A DNA stretch of 64,000 bases from Phycisphaerae bacterium (lineage in GTDB: Bacteria; Planctomycetota; Phycisphaerae; SM23-33): assembly GCA_041687095.1 (NCBI GenBank), contig JAWLCQ010000002.1, positions 28,671 through 92,670 of the forward strand, given 5' to 3'. Made by a program: the position numbers and the translations under genes. Of this stretch, positions 1-8,555 are shown piece after piece. Each line of letters opens with the position of its first letter. Position 1 is the stretch's first letter. Below the pieces are notes generated by a model. It did no database searches. It was not told the DNA's origin and saw nothing but the letters and a program-made list of their open reading frames with translations.

Positions 1-1167
1 GGTATCGGAGGACCGCCAGGAGGCGTCGGGCTCGTAGGGGTAGCGGGTCTCGAGGATGGCGGGCGGGTCGAGTGTGAGCGGCTCATCGGCGGTGCGGACG
101 GAGAGCAGCACGTACCGCCCGCTCCGCCACCAGAGGCTGCGGAAGGTGCGGGGCTTCCCGTCGGTGACGAAGCGGTCCCCGAACCCGAAGAATACCTTCC
201 CCACCACCTCGTCCCGCTGGCCCTTGTGGGTGGGCTGCTGGGCGTCGTCGAGGTGGTACAGCGCTTCGGCCCACTGGACCTCCGCGGACGCCCCCCGCCC
301 GCCGGACAGCGTCAGCAGCGGGAACCCGCAGTAGTACTCGTCGAGGTCCCACACGACGTGGACCGTCGTGCGGGGCGCGACGGTGAGCGGGGTCCCGTCC
401 AGCAGCGCCTGCCAGGCGGGCGCCTGCGGGTCGCGCATGTCGGCCTCGGTCACCGCAGCAAGCTCATCGCGGTGGGCGACGGCGCGGACGGTCCCGGTGC
501 GGACGGGGCGGCGGATCATGTCGGGCAGCGGGCTGGGCCACAGGCCCCACAGGGGTGCAACGATCCCGGTGACGGACTTGCCGACCGGCCCGCGGACGAC
601 GACGGGTTCGACGGGCTCGTCGACAGGCTCGAAGAACCCGCTGGCGTCGAGGGTGAAGGAGGGCCCGATGACGTGGTAGGCCCGCATTGGGACGGTCTGG
701 AACCCCAGCCCGCCGAGCTTCTGGACCCGCCAGGGGCCCACGCCCGTGTCGAGCTGCTCGTCGAGCCCCTCGGACTTGAGGATGAAGGCGGGGCGGAGGG
801 AGACCTGCGCGTGGGGGGCGAAGTGGGCGAGGCGCTGGACGGTGGCCTCGATGCGGTGCTCGCCGGCCTCCAGTTCGACGTCGTAGGACGCGAAGGACCA
901 GTGGTTGGCGTCGCAGCGGTCGGGGCCCATCGACACCCACTGCCCATCGATGCACAGCTCGTAGCGCTCGTCGGCGGAGACGTGCAGGCGAACGGTCCTC
1001 GCCTCGTCGAGCGTGAAGGTGTTGCTGAAGCGGACGACCGCCACGTCGTCGCTGCCGAGCCCCGGATGCCAGATCCAGCTCGCGGACTCGATGGCGTACT
1101 GCGGGCGAATGTTCCGATCGGCCCAGCGACCGCTGGGCGGGAGGTGGATGCGGGTGCAGGAGATCAT
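1..1167 (-). CDS. Alpha-L-rhamnosidase-like (GH78) glycoside hydrolase, N-terminal part; runs off the window start
   Basis: Absent from the ORF track. Manual minus-strand translation from ATG 1167: MISCTRIHLPPSGRW...ASWIWHPG...VRFSNTFTLDEARTVRLHVSADERYELCIDGQWVSMGPDRCDANHWSFASYDVEL...AILETRYPYEPDASWRSSDT. The SAD.RY.L.I.G...GP motif is typical of rhamnosidase N-terminal domains. GGAGG lies upstream. Confidence 0.75.
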   Translation of the reverse strand, partial: MISCTRIHLPPSGRWADRNIRPQYAIESASWIWHPGLGSDDVAVVRFSNTFTLDEARTVRLHVSADERYELCIDGQWVSMGPDRCDANHWSFASYDVELEAGEHRIEATVQRLAHFAPHAQVSLRPAFILKSEGLDEQLDTGVGPWRVQKLGGLGFQTVPMRAYHVIGPSFTLDASGFFEPVDEPVEPVVVRGPVGKSVTGIVAPLWGLWPSPLPDMIRRPVRTGTVRAVAHRDELAAVTEADMRDPQAPAWQALLDGTPLTVAPRTTVHVVWDLDEYYCGFPLLTLSGGRGASAEVQWAEALYHLDDAQQPTHKGQRDEVVGKVFFGFGDRFVTDGKPRTFRSLWWRSGRYVLLSVRTADEPLTLDPPAILETRYPYEPDASWRSSDT

Positions 1168-1304
1168 GATGTATGTGTCCTCCGCATCGGCCCCGCCGCC
1201 AAGCGGCCGATCCGATGCGGAGGAAAGCTTACCGGCACCGAATGGGAGAGGGGAAGAGAAATTTAATATTGAATATTTGGAGGTAGCCTCCGAAAATAGA
1301 AGGT

Positions 1305-2480
1305 ATGATCCGTCGCAAGATACAGTCGGACGTAGAGCGGTCCTTGGGTTCGTTCCCGGCGGTTGGGCTGGTTGGGCCCCGGCAGGTGGGGAAGACCACG
1401 CTGGCGCGGATGGTCGAGGCGGGTTGGAAGGGGCTGGTGCTGCACCTGGACCTGGAGAGCCCGACCGACCTGGCCAAGCTGGCGAACCCCGAGCTGTTCC
1501 TGGAGCGGTATCACGAGGCACTCGTGGTCATCGACGAAGCGCAGCAGAAGCCGGACCTGTTTCCAGTCCTGCGGGTGCTGATCGACCGCGACCGCCGCCC
1601 GGGGCGGTTCCTGATCCTGGGATCAGCGTCACCGCACCTCAAGCGGCAGGCGTCAGAGACCCTCGCGGGGCGGATCGTTTACCACGAGCTGTCGCCGCTG
1701 TCCCTGGGGGAGCTTGGCGATCCGGGCGGGAACGCGGACACTGCGAATCGGCTGTGGGTCCGCGGAGGGTACCCAGAGAGCTACCTGGCGGGCGACGACG
1801 CCCTGTCGCGTCAGTGGCGGGATAACTTCGTGCAGACTCATCTGGAGCGCGACATGCCGGTGTTCGGGATCCGCGTACCGGCGACGACGCTGCGGCGGTT
1901 CTGGATGATGCTCGCGCACTGTCACGGGCAGACGTGGAATGCCTCCCGCATCGCCGAGAGCATGGGCGTGGACTCCAAGACCACGAGGCACTACCTGGAT
2001 ATCCTGTCGGACACGTTCATGCTTCGCCAGCTTCCGCCCTGGCGGACGAACGTGGGAAAGCAGCTTGTCAAGTCGCCGAAGGTGTACCTCCGCGACAGTG
2101 GGCTGCTGCACGCCCTGCTGGGAATCGGCGACTGGGCGACGCTCCAGGGGCACCCGATCCTCGGAGAGTCTTGGGAGGGGTTCTGCATCGAGCAGATCCT
2201 CGCAGCCATTCCTCCGCAGTGGGATGTGAGCTTCTATCGCACCCAGTCCGGTGCTGAGATGGATCTGGTGATCCACCCTTTAGCGATGAAGCCCCCCATC
2301 GCGGTGGAGATCAAGGCGGCTGCCACCCCCAAGCTCACGCGGGGCAACTGGAATGCGCGGGAGATCCTGGCGGCGCGGATGACGTACGTTGTCTACCCCG
2401 GAGAGCACCGCTACCCGATCGCCGAAGGCGTGGAGGCGCTGCCCGTGACGCAGGTCCAGGTAATCGCGGAGACAGTGTAG
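1305..2480 (+). CDS. AAA+ ATPase with DUF4143 C-terminal domain (COG1373-like)
   Basis: Walker A GPRQVGKTT, Walker B VVIDEAQ, FLILGSAS, RGGYP, KSPKVYLRDSGL, FYRTQSGAEMDLV, AVEIK. Confidence 0.9.
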   Translation: MIRRKIQSDVERSLGSFPAVGLVGPRQVGKTTLARMVEAGWKGLVLHLDLESPTDLAKLANPELFLERYHEALVVIDEAQQKPDLFPVLRVLIDRDRRPGRFLILGSASPHLKRQASETLAGRIVYHELSPLSLGELGDPGGNADTANRLWVRGGYPESYLAGDDALSRQWRDNFVQTHLERDMPVFGIRVPATTLRRFWMMLAHCHGQTWNASRIAESMGVDSKTTRHYLDILSDTFMLRQLPPWRTNVGKQLVKSPKVYLRDSGLLHALLGIGDWATLQGHPILGESWEGFCIEQILAAIPPQWDVSFYRTQSGAEMDLVIHPLAMKPPIAVEIKAAATPKLTRGNWNAREILAARMTYVVYPGEHRYPIAEGVEALPVTQVQVIAETV

Positions 2481-2485
2481 GCCCT

Positions 2486-3796
2486 TTACGGCTGCAGGAG
2501 AGGGGCGGCGGCGGCGAAGGCGGCGTGGGCGGCGGCGGCGGTGCGGGCGATGTCCTGCTCGGAGTGGGCGGCGGAGACGAACATGGCCTCGTACTGGGAG
2601 GGGGCGAGGAACACGCCCTGTTCGAGCAGGGCGCGGAAGTAGACCGCGAAGGCGTCGGTGTTGCTGCGCTTGGCGGCGGCGTAGTCGGTGACCGGTCCGG
2701 GCGTGAAGAAGCAGCACAGCATCGAGCCCACGCGGTTGAAGCAGACGCGGTCGGACACGCCCGCCCGCTCGGCCGCGTCGCGCAGGCCCGCCTCCAGCGC
2801 CGCCGCTCGCTCCTCCAGGTGCGCGTAGAAGCCGTCGGCGAGCAGTTCGCGGAGCGTCGCCAGGCCCGCGGCGGTCGCGGCGGGGTTGCCCGAGAGCGTC
2901 CCCGCCTGGTACACCGGGCCCTCGGGCGCCAGGTGGTCCATGAGGGCGGAAGGCCCCCCGAACGCCCCGATGGGCATGCCCCCCCCGATGATCTTGCCCA
3001 GCGTGGTAAGGTCCGCCCGCACGCCGTAGCGTTCCTGCGCCCCCCCGTAGGCCACGCGGAAGCCCGTCATCACCTCGTCGAGGATCAGCAGGGCCCCGTG
3101 GCGGTCGCACAGGTCCCGCAGGTGCGCCAGGTAGCCCTCGGCGGGGGGGATCACGCCCATGTTGCCAGCGACGGGTTCGACGAGGACGGCGGCGACGTCG
3201 GTCCCGGAGGCGGCGAAGGCGCGGTCGGCGGCGGCGGGGTCGTTGTAGGGCACCAGGAGCGTGTCCCCGATGGCCCCCTTGGGCACCCCGGCCGAACTGG
3301 GCATGCTGAGGGTGGTGGCCCCGGACCCGGCGGCGACGAGGAGGGCGTCGCAGTGCCCGTGGTAGCAGCCGGAGCATTTGATAATGCTGGACCGCCCGGT
3401 GGCGCCGCGGGCGAGGCGGACGGCGGACATGACTGCCTCCGTGCCGCTGTTGACGAGGCGGATCTTGCCGACGGAGGGCATGGCGGCGACGACGGCCTCG
3501 GCGAGAAGGGTTTCGCTCTCGGTCGGGGCCCCATAGCACGTGCCGCGCAGAATGGCCTTTTGGATGGCGGTGGTGACGGCTTCGTGGGCATGGCCGAGGA
3601 TGGCGGGCCCATAGCCCCCGACGTAGTCGATGTAGGTGTTGCCGTCGATGTCGGTGACAGTGCTGCCCTTGGCGGAGGCGATGAAGACGGGGCTGCCGCC
3701 GACGGCGGCGAAGGCGCGGACGGGGGAGTTGACGCCCCCGACGAGGACCCGTTTCGCCCGTTCCCACGCCGCCTGCGATTTCGCCGCTGGTTCCAT
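2486..3796 (-). CDS. hemL: Glutamate-1-semialdehyde 2,1-aminomutase
   Basis: GGVNSPVRAF, YIDYVGGYGPAILGH, RLVNSGTEAVMSAVRLARG, DEVMTGFR, PLP-lysine region TLGKIIGGGMP, YQAGTLSGNP. Confidence 0.97.
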   Translation of the reverse strand: MEPAAKSQAAWERAKRVLVGGVNSPVRAFAAVGGSPVFIASAKGSTVTDIDGNTYIDYVGGYGPAILGHAHEAVTTAIQKAILRGTCYGAPTESETLLAEAVVAAMPSVGKIRLVNSGTEAVMSAVRLARGATGRSSIIKCSGCYHGHCDALLVAAGSGATTLSMPSSAGVPKGAIGDTLLVPYNDPAAADRAFAASGTDVAAVLVEPVAGNMGVIPPAEGYLAHLRDLCDRHGALLILDEVMTGFRVAYGGAQERYGVRADLTTLGKIIGGGMPIGAFGGPSALMDHLAPEGPVYQAGTLSGNPAATAAGLATLRELLADGFYAHLEERAAALEAGLRDAAERAGVSDRVCFNRVGSMLCCFFTPGPVTDYAAAKRSNTDAFAVYFRALLEQGVFLAPSQYEAMFVSAAHSEQDIARTAAAAHAAFAAAAPLLQP

Positions 3797-3802
3797 GCTG
3801 GA

Positions 3803-4423
3803 CTACTGCTCCTGTAGCAGGGCCTCGAGCAGTGCGCCGAGGCCCGCGTCTCCTTTTTCGTCGAACGCCCGCGCGCCCTCCGCACCGGCGAGGCGGCGGA
3901 GGAGGGCGGAGCGGCGGTGCGGGTCGCGCACGCGCCCCTGAATGGTATCGCGCAGGGATCCCAAGGCCCCCGCGAAATCCCCGACGTTTGCGGGCAGGGC
4001 ATCGGCCAGGCGGTCCCGGATCGCCGCCGCCAGCGGGGGGGCGGTTCCGCCCGTCCCCACCGCGACGACCACCTCGCCCCTCCGCTCGACCGCCGGGGCG
4101 TAGAAGTCGCAGTCCTCGGGCTGATCGACGGCGTTGACGAGCGCCCCGGCGGTTCGCGCATCGGCGGCGATGCGGGCGTTGGTGGCCCGCTCGCCCGTGC
4201 AGGCGAAGACGAGGGCGGCCCCTGCGACGTCGTGGGGCTCGTACGGTCGGTGATGCACCTCCACCCCCGCGAGTTCCGCGTCAGGGGGGAGGCGATCGGC
4301 GACGAGCGTCACCTTCGCCCCCGCGTCCAGCAGGGAGCGGACCTTGCGCATCCCCACCCTCCCCGCCCCCACGACGAGGACGCGGCGGTGCTGGAGCTTC
4401 AACATGATCGGGTAGACCTGCAT
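3803..4423 (-). CDS. Precorrin-2 dehydrogenase / sirohydrochlorin ferrochelatase (SirC/Met8p/CysG-N type)
   Basis: Likely start ATG 4423 (MQVYPIMLKLQHRRVLVVGAGRVGMRKVRSLL); Rossmann motif, LVNAVDQPEDCDFYAPA, VAVGTGGTAP. The longer ORF in the track is an upstream extension. Confidence 0.88.
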   Translation of the reverse strand: MQVYPIMLKLQHRRVLVVGAGRVGMRKVRSLLDAGAKVTLVADRLPPDAELAGVEVHHRPYEPHDVAGAALVFACTGERATNARIAADARTAGALVNAVDQPEDCDFYAPAVERRGEVVVAVGTGGTAPPLAAAIRDRLADALPANVGDFAGALGSLRDTIQGRVRDPHRRSALLRRLAGAEGARAFDEKGDAGLGALLEALLQEQ

Positions 4424-4546
4424 GGGCTCGATCTCCGAGCGGACAGTAGAACGCAAGGCGAAGCATTTTCCCAATTCGAAAATCGAAGCCCCTGCCCTCG
4501 CCCCCGCTCTGGTCGCTCGCGGCTGGGAATGATACGATGGTGCTCG

Positions 4547-5548
4547 ATGGAACCCACCAACGGACATCCCATGCGTCGGCCGCGGCGGTGGCGGAGGAGC
4601 GAGGCGATGCGCGAGATGCTCGCGGCCGTCCGCGTGCCGCGCCAGTGCCTCGTTGCCCCGCTGTTCGTTCGGGGGGGGCAGGGGGTGCAGCGGGAGATCC
4701 CGTCCATGCCCGGGCAGTACCAGCTCTCCCCCGACACCGCCGTCGCCACCGCCCGCCGCCTCGCCGACAAGGGCCTCGGGGCGGTGTTGCTGTTCGGCAT
4801 TCCCGAGCGCAAGGACGCCATCGGATCCTCCGCCTGGGACCCCGGGGAGTCCCTCCAGCGGGCGGTGGGGGAGATCAAACGCTCCGTCCCGGGCCTGCTG
4901 GTGGTCACCGACGTGTGCCTCTGCGAGTACACCGACCACGGGCACTGCGGGACGCTGTGCACCCGCCCCGACGGATCGCCCGACGTGGACAACGACGCCA
5001 CGCTCGAATCCCTCGCCCGCACCGCCCTGTCGCACGCGGAGGCCGGGGCGGACGTCGTCGCCCCCTCGGCGATGATGGACGGGCAGGTCGCCGCCATCCG
5101 CTCCGCCCTCGATGCGGCCGACCACGCGGACACCGCCATCCTCGCCTATGCCGTCAAGTTCGCCTCCGCCCTGTACGGGCCCTTCCGCGACGCCGCCGAG
5201 AGCCCCCCGCAGTTCGGCGACCGGCGGACGTACCAGATGGACTACCGCACCCCCCGCCAGGCCGGGATCGAGGCCGCCCTCGACGCCGACGAGGGCGCGG
5301 ATATCCTCATGGTCAAGCCCGCCCTCGCCTACCTCGACGTCCTCGCCGACCTCCGCCGCCGCACCGACCTCCCCCTCGCCGCCTACGCCGTCAGCGGGGA
5401 GTACGCCATGCTCAAAGCCGCCGCCGCGAACGGATGGCTCGACGAGAAGGCGGCCGTGCTGGAGACCACCACCGCCCTCCGCCGCGCCGGGGCGGACCTG
5501 ATCATCACCTACTACAGCGAACTGCTCACCGACTGGCTGCCAACCTGA
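4547..5548 (+). CDS. hemB: Porphobilinogen synthase (ALA dehydratase)
   Basis: RPRRWRR, DVCLCEYTDHGHCG (Zn site), VAPSAMMDGQV, YGPFRDAA, GADILMVKPA, AYAVSGEYAM. Confidence 0.97.
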   Translation: MEPTNGHPMRRPRRWRRSEAMREMLAAVRVPRQCLVAPLFVRGGQGVQREIPSMPGQYQLSPDTAVATARRLADKGLGAVLLFGIPERKDAIGSSAWDPGESLQRAVGEIKRSVPGLLVVTDVCLCEYTDHGHCGTLCTRPDGSPDVDNDATLESLARTALSHAEAGADVVAPSAMMDGQVAAIRSALDAADHADTAILAYAVKFASALYGPFRDAAESPPQFGDRRTYQMDYRTPRQAGIEAALDADEGADILMVKPALAYLDVLADLRRRTDLPLAAYAVSGEYAMLKAAAANGWLDEKAAVLETTTALRRAGADLIITYYSELLTDWLPT

Positions 5549-7254
5549 ACATCTTCGTCCTGGGACTTTCGCACCACACCGCTCCCGTGGCGGTGCGGCA
5601 GCGGTTCGCGCTGTCCGACGACCGCGCCCGCACCCTTCTCCGCGCCATCCACCACGACACCGTCCTGGAGGAGGCCCTCGTCCTGCAGACGTGCAACCGC
5701 ACGGAGATCTACTTCGTCGCCCCCGACCCCGCCCCGGCCGTGCCGTATCTGCTGGGCCTCGTCGCCCGCACGACGGGCGCGGAATCGCCCCTCGATGCGG
5801 CCCTCCTGTACCGCCATGATCGCGAGGAGGCGGTGGGGCACCTGTTCCGCGTGGCGGGGGGGCTGGACTCGCAGGTCGTGGGCGAACCGCAGATCCTCGC
5901 TCAGCTCAAGACGGCCTACCGGGTGGCGTTGGAGGAGCGGACGGCCCGGTTCTTCCTCAACAAGCTCCTGCACGCCGCCTTCCGCGCCGGGAAGCGGGTG
6001 CGGACGGAGACGGAACTCAGCGGGGCCCTCAGCGTCCCCCGCGCCGCCGCCGCCCTCGTCCGCGAAACGCTGGGCGACCCGGCCTCGCGGTCGGTCCTGC
6101 TGATCGGTGCGGGCCCAACCGCCGAACTCACCGCCCGAGCCCTGCTGCAGGCGGGCGTGCGGAAGCTCACCGTCGCCAACCGCTCCCTCCCCAACGCCCG
6201 CCTGCTGGCCGATCGGCTCCTGAACGAACCCCGCCCGGGGGAGAGCGCGACCGTCAGCCAGACGAGCGGCGCCCAACCCTTCTCCCCCGGGGGAGCGGAG
6301 CGTGAACCCTTCTCCCCTGGGGGAGAAGATGTCGCGCAGCGACAGATGAGGGGGCGCTCGGAGGACGAGCAGGCGCCGGACACGGGCGACGGCTCTTCCT
6401 CTGGTGCGAGCCCACAGGCTTCCGCACCGCCGCCGACCTCCGGGCGCCCCCTCACCGCCCTCGCTGCGCTCGGGCACCTCTCCCCGAGGGGAGAGGGGTC
6501 AGATCCCCTGCCGGACCTCGACTCCTGCCCCGCGCTGTCCCGCCACCGCCGCGCCTCTCATCGCTGCGAAGCGGAGACCGGGGAGGGTATCACGGGATCC
6601 GCCAACGAAATCCCCGCCCCAATCCGCAATCCGCAATCCGCCATCCGCCATTCCGTTCTCGCCGTTTCCCTCGACAGCCTTCCCGACGCCCTGCGGTCCG
6701 TGGATGCGGTGCTGTCCGCGACGGGGTCGCCGACGGAGGTGCTGCGCTATGACGCTCTCGCCGCTCCGCTCCGCCGCCGCCGCCGTCCGCTGCTGCTCGT
6801 GGACCTCGCCGTCCCCCGTGACATCGACCCCCGCCTCGCCAAGCTGCCCTGCGTCACGCTCCGCACGCTCGACGACCTGAACGCCATCCTCGCCGACCAC
6901 CGCCGGCGACAGGACCGCCACCTCCCCCTCGCCGAGGCCATCCTCGCCGAGGAAACCGGCGACTTCGCCCGCTGGATCGACACGCTCCAGGTCACCCCGG
7001 CCATCAAGCTCCTCAAACGCCGCTTCGCCGAACTGCACCAGCGCGAGACCCGCCGCTACGCCTCCCGCTTCGTCGCCAACCATGCCTCCGAGGAACTCGA
7101 ACGCTTCGCCCGCTCCCTCGCCAACAAGATCCTCCACCACCCCATCGCCTACCTCCGCGACACCGCCCGCACCGGGACGCTCAGCGATCAGCTCTCCGCC
7201 GTCGAGACCGTGCGGCGGATGTTCGACCTCGACGAGCCGGAGCCCGACGCATGA
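5545..7254 (+). CDS. hemA: Glutamyl-tRNA reductase with a large repeat-derived in-frame insertion; probable CTG start
   Basis: NIFVLGLSHHTAPVAVR, catalytic TCNRTEIY, GLDSQVVGEPQILAQLK, LIGAG, DLAVPRDIDP. About 569 aa versus about 420-440 typical; extra sequence at roughly 6225-6660. Confidence 0.92.
   Translation: MNIFVLGLSHHTAPVAVRQRFALSDDRARTLLRAIHHDTVLEEALVLQTCNRTEIYFVAPDPAPAVPYLLGLVARTTGAESPLDAALLYRHDREEAVGHLFRVAGGLDSQVVGEPQILAQLKTAYRVALEERTARFFLNKLLHAAFRAGKRVRTETELSGALSVPRAAAALVRETLGDPASRSVLLIGAGPTAELTARALLQAGVRKLTVANRSLPNARLLADRLLNEPRPGESATVSQTSGAQPFSPGGAEREPFSPGGEDVAQRQMRGRSEDEQAPDTGDGSSSGASPQASAPPPTSGRPLTALAALGHLSPRGEGSDPLPDLDSCPALSRHRRASHRCEAETGEGITGSANEIPAPIRNPQSAIRHSVLAVSLDSLPDALRSVDAVLSATGSPTEVLRYDALAAPLRRRRRPLLLVDLAVPRDIDPRLAKLPCVTLRTLDDLNAILADHRRRQDRHLPLAEAILAEETGDFARWIDTLQVTPAIKLLKRRFAELHQRETRRYASRFVANHASEELERFARSLANKILHHPIAYLRDTARTGTLSDQLSAVETVRRMFDLDEPEPDA
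6277..6503 (+). repeat. Multi-hairpin palindromic element (CCTTCTCCCC..GGGGGAG family), copy 1, in-frame in hemA
   Basis: Terminal hairpins CCCTTCTCCCCTGGGGGAGAAG and CTCTCCCCGAGGGGAGAG; inner IR GATGAGGGGGCG...CGCCCCCTCACC; clear homolog at 12793-13063. Confidence 0.85.
6621..6655 (+). repeat. Heptamer tandem repeat (AATCCGC)n inside hemA
   Basis: AATCCGC x3, CATCCGC, CATTCCG; encodes IRNPQSAIRHS. Confidence 0.85.
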
Positions 7255-8555
7255 GCCCGCTGGTCATCGGCACGCGGGGATCCGAACTCGCCCTCTGGCA
7301 GGCGGGGTTCGTCCGCGACGCGCTGCAGCGGGCGCACCCCGGGCTCGACGTCCGCCTGCAGATCATCGCCACCCGCGGGGACATCGCCCTGGAGCAGCCC
7401 ACCCATGCTTCGCTCGACAAGGGCCTGTTCACCACGGAGATCCAGGACGCCCTGCGCGGGGGCGAGATCGACCTGGCGGTCCACTCCCACAAGGACCTGC
7501 CCACCCGCAGCCCCGAGGGGCTGGTGGTGGCGGCGATCCCGCAGCGCGAGGATCCTTCCGATGCGCTCGTGCTCCGGGAGGGACTTGCAGGGGGCGATTT
7601 CGGATTTGGGATTTGGGATTTCGGATCTGCGGAGGTGACGGATTCGAATCCCCGGGCGAGTTCGGGACCGGATGGAGAGGGGACGCAACAGACGCCAAAT
7701 GGCAAGCCCCTGCAGGATCGCGAGCAAGGTCCGACACGCGCTTGCGATCTGGCGTCTGTTCCTCCGAACAAGAGCAACCCCCATCGCGCAGCGGAACCTT
7801 CGGAAGGAGCGCCTGTTCAAATCCGAAATCCGAAATCCGAAATCCGAGATTTCCCCCTTGTTCCCGAGGGGGCAGAGATCCTCACGGGTTCGCTCCGTCG
7901 CGGGGCGCAGTTGCTACACCTGCGCCCGGACCTGAAGGTCCTGCCCGTCCGGGGCAACGTCCCGACGCGCCTGCGGAAGCTCGACGAGGGCGGGGCGTGC
8001 GGGATCGTCCTCGCCCTGGCGGGGCTGCGGAGGCTGGGCCTGGAGCACCGCGTCTCGCTCCGCCTGGACCCGGGGCATTTCGTCCCCGCCTGCGGGCAGG
8101 GGGCGCTGGCCATCGAGGTCCGCCGCGACGACGCTCGGGTACGGGACCTGATCGAAGCCATCGATGACCGATCCTCCCACCTCGCCGTCCTCTGCGAGCG
8201 GTCCTTCCTCGCCCTCCTCCACGCCGGCTGCCGCGCCCCCGTCGGTGCCTACGCGCGGTTCGGGAACGCCTCCCCGTGCGCCTCCCCCAAGCCCACCGAC
8301 TGCGTCGGTGGGATCCCGTCGACCCCGGTCAATCCCCCGGACACGCGAAATGCTTCCCTCACCGTCACGGGCGTCATCGCGTCGCCCGATGGTTCGCGAC
8401 TCTTCCGCGACACGCTCACCGCTCCTGTCACCGGCCGCGACTCCGCCATCGCCCTGGGCGAGTCCCTCGCGGAACGCCTGCTGTCGGCCGGTGCGGGGGC
8501 CGTGCTCGACGAGGCGGGCGTGCGGGCCCCGCGGGGCAACGGGGGCGGATCGTGA
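7251..8555 (+). CDS. hemC: Hydroxymethylbilane synthase with two in-frame insertions
   Basis: IGTRGSELALWQA, KGLFTTEIQDAL, DLAVHSHKDLP, REDPSDAL, SLRR, RGNVPTRLRKL, cofactor Cys in AGCRAPVG. 434 aa versus about 310 typical. Confidence 0.95.
   Translation: MSPLVIGTRGSELALWQAGFVRDALQRAHPGLDVRLQIIATRGDIALEQPTHASLDKGLFTTEIQDALRGGEIDLAVHSHKDLPTRSPEGLVVAAIPQREDPSDALVLREGLAGGDFGFGIWDFGSAEVTDSNPRASSGPDGEGTQQTPNGKPLQDREQGPTRACDLASVPPNKSNPHRAAEPSEGAPVQIRNPKSEIRDFPLVPEGAEILTGSLRRGAQLLHLRPDLKVLPVRGNVPTRLRKLDEGGACGIVLALAGLRRLGLEHRVSLRLDPGHFVPACGQGALAIEVRRDDARVRDLIEAIDDRSSHLAVLCERSFLALLHAGCRAPVGAYARFGNASPCASPKPTDCVGGIPSTPVNPPDTRNASLTVTGVIASPDGSRLFRDTLTAPVTGRDSAIALGESLAERLLSAGAGAVLDEAGVRAPRGNGGGS
7596..7846. 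repeat. About 250-bp element with inverted heptamer-array arms, in-frame in hemC
   Basis: Left arm GATTTCG GATTTGG GATTTGG GATTTCG GAT (7596-7626); right arm AAATCCG x4 (7819-7846). Confidence 0.85.

Noticed and set aside
1305-2480. AAA+/DUF4143 gene as a defence system
   Set aside because: A common stand-alone family; no partner nuclease, methylase or mobile-element context here.
4537-5544. N-terminal 336 aa of the 905-aa ORF, suggesting a HemB/HemA fusion or frameshift
   Set aside because: This part overlaps hemB out of frame and has no family motifs. hemB has its own stop, and hemA is explained by a coupled CTG start.
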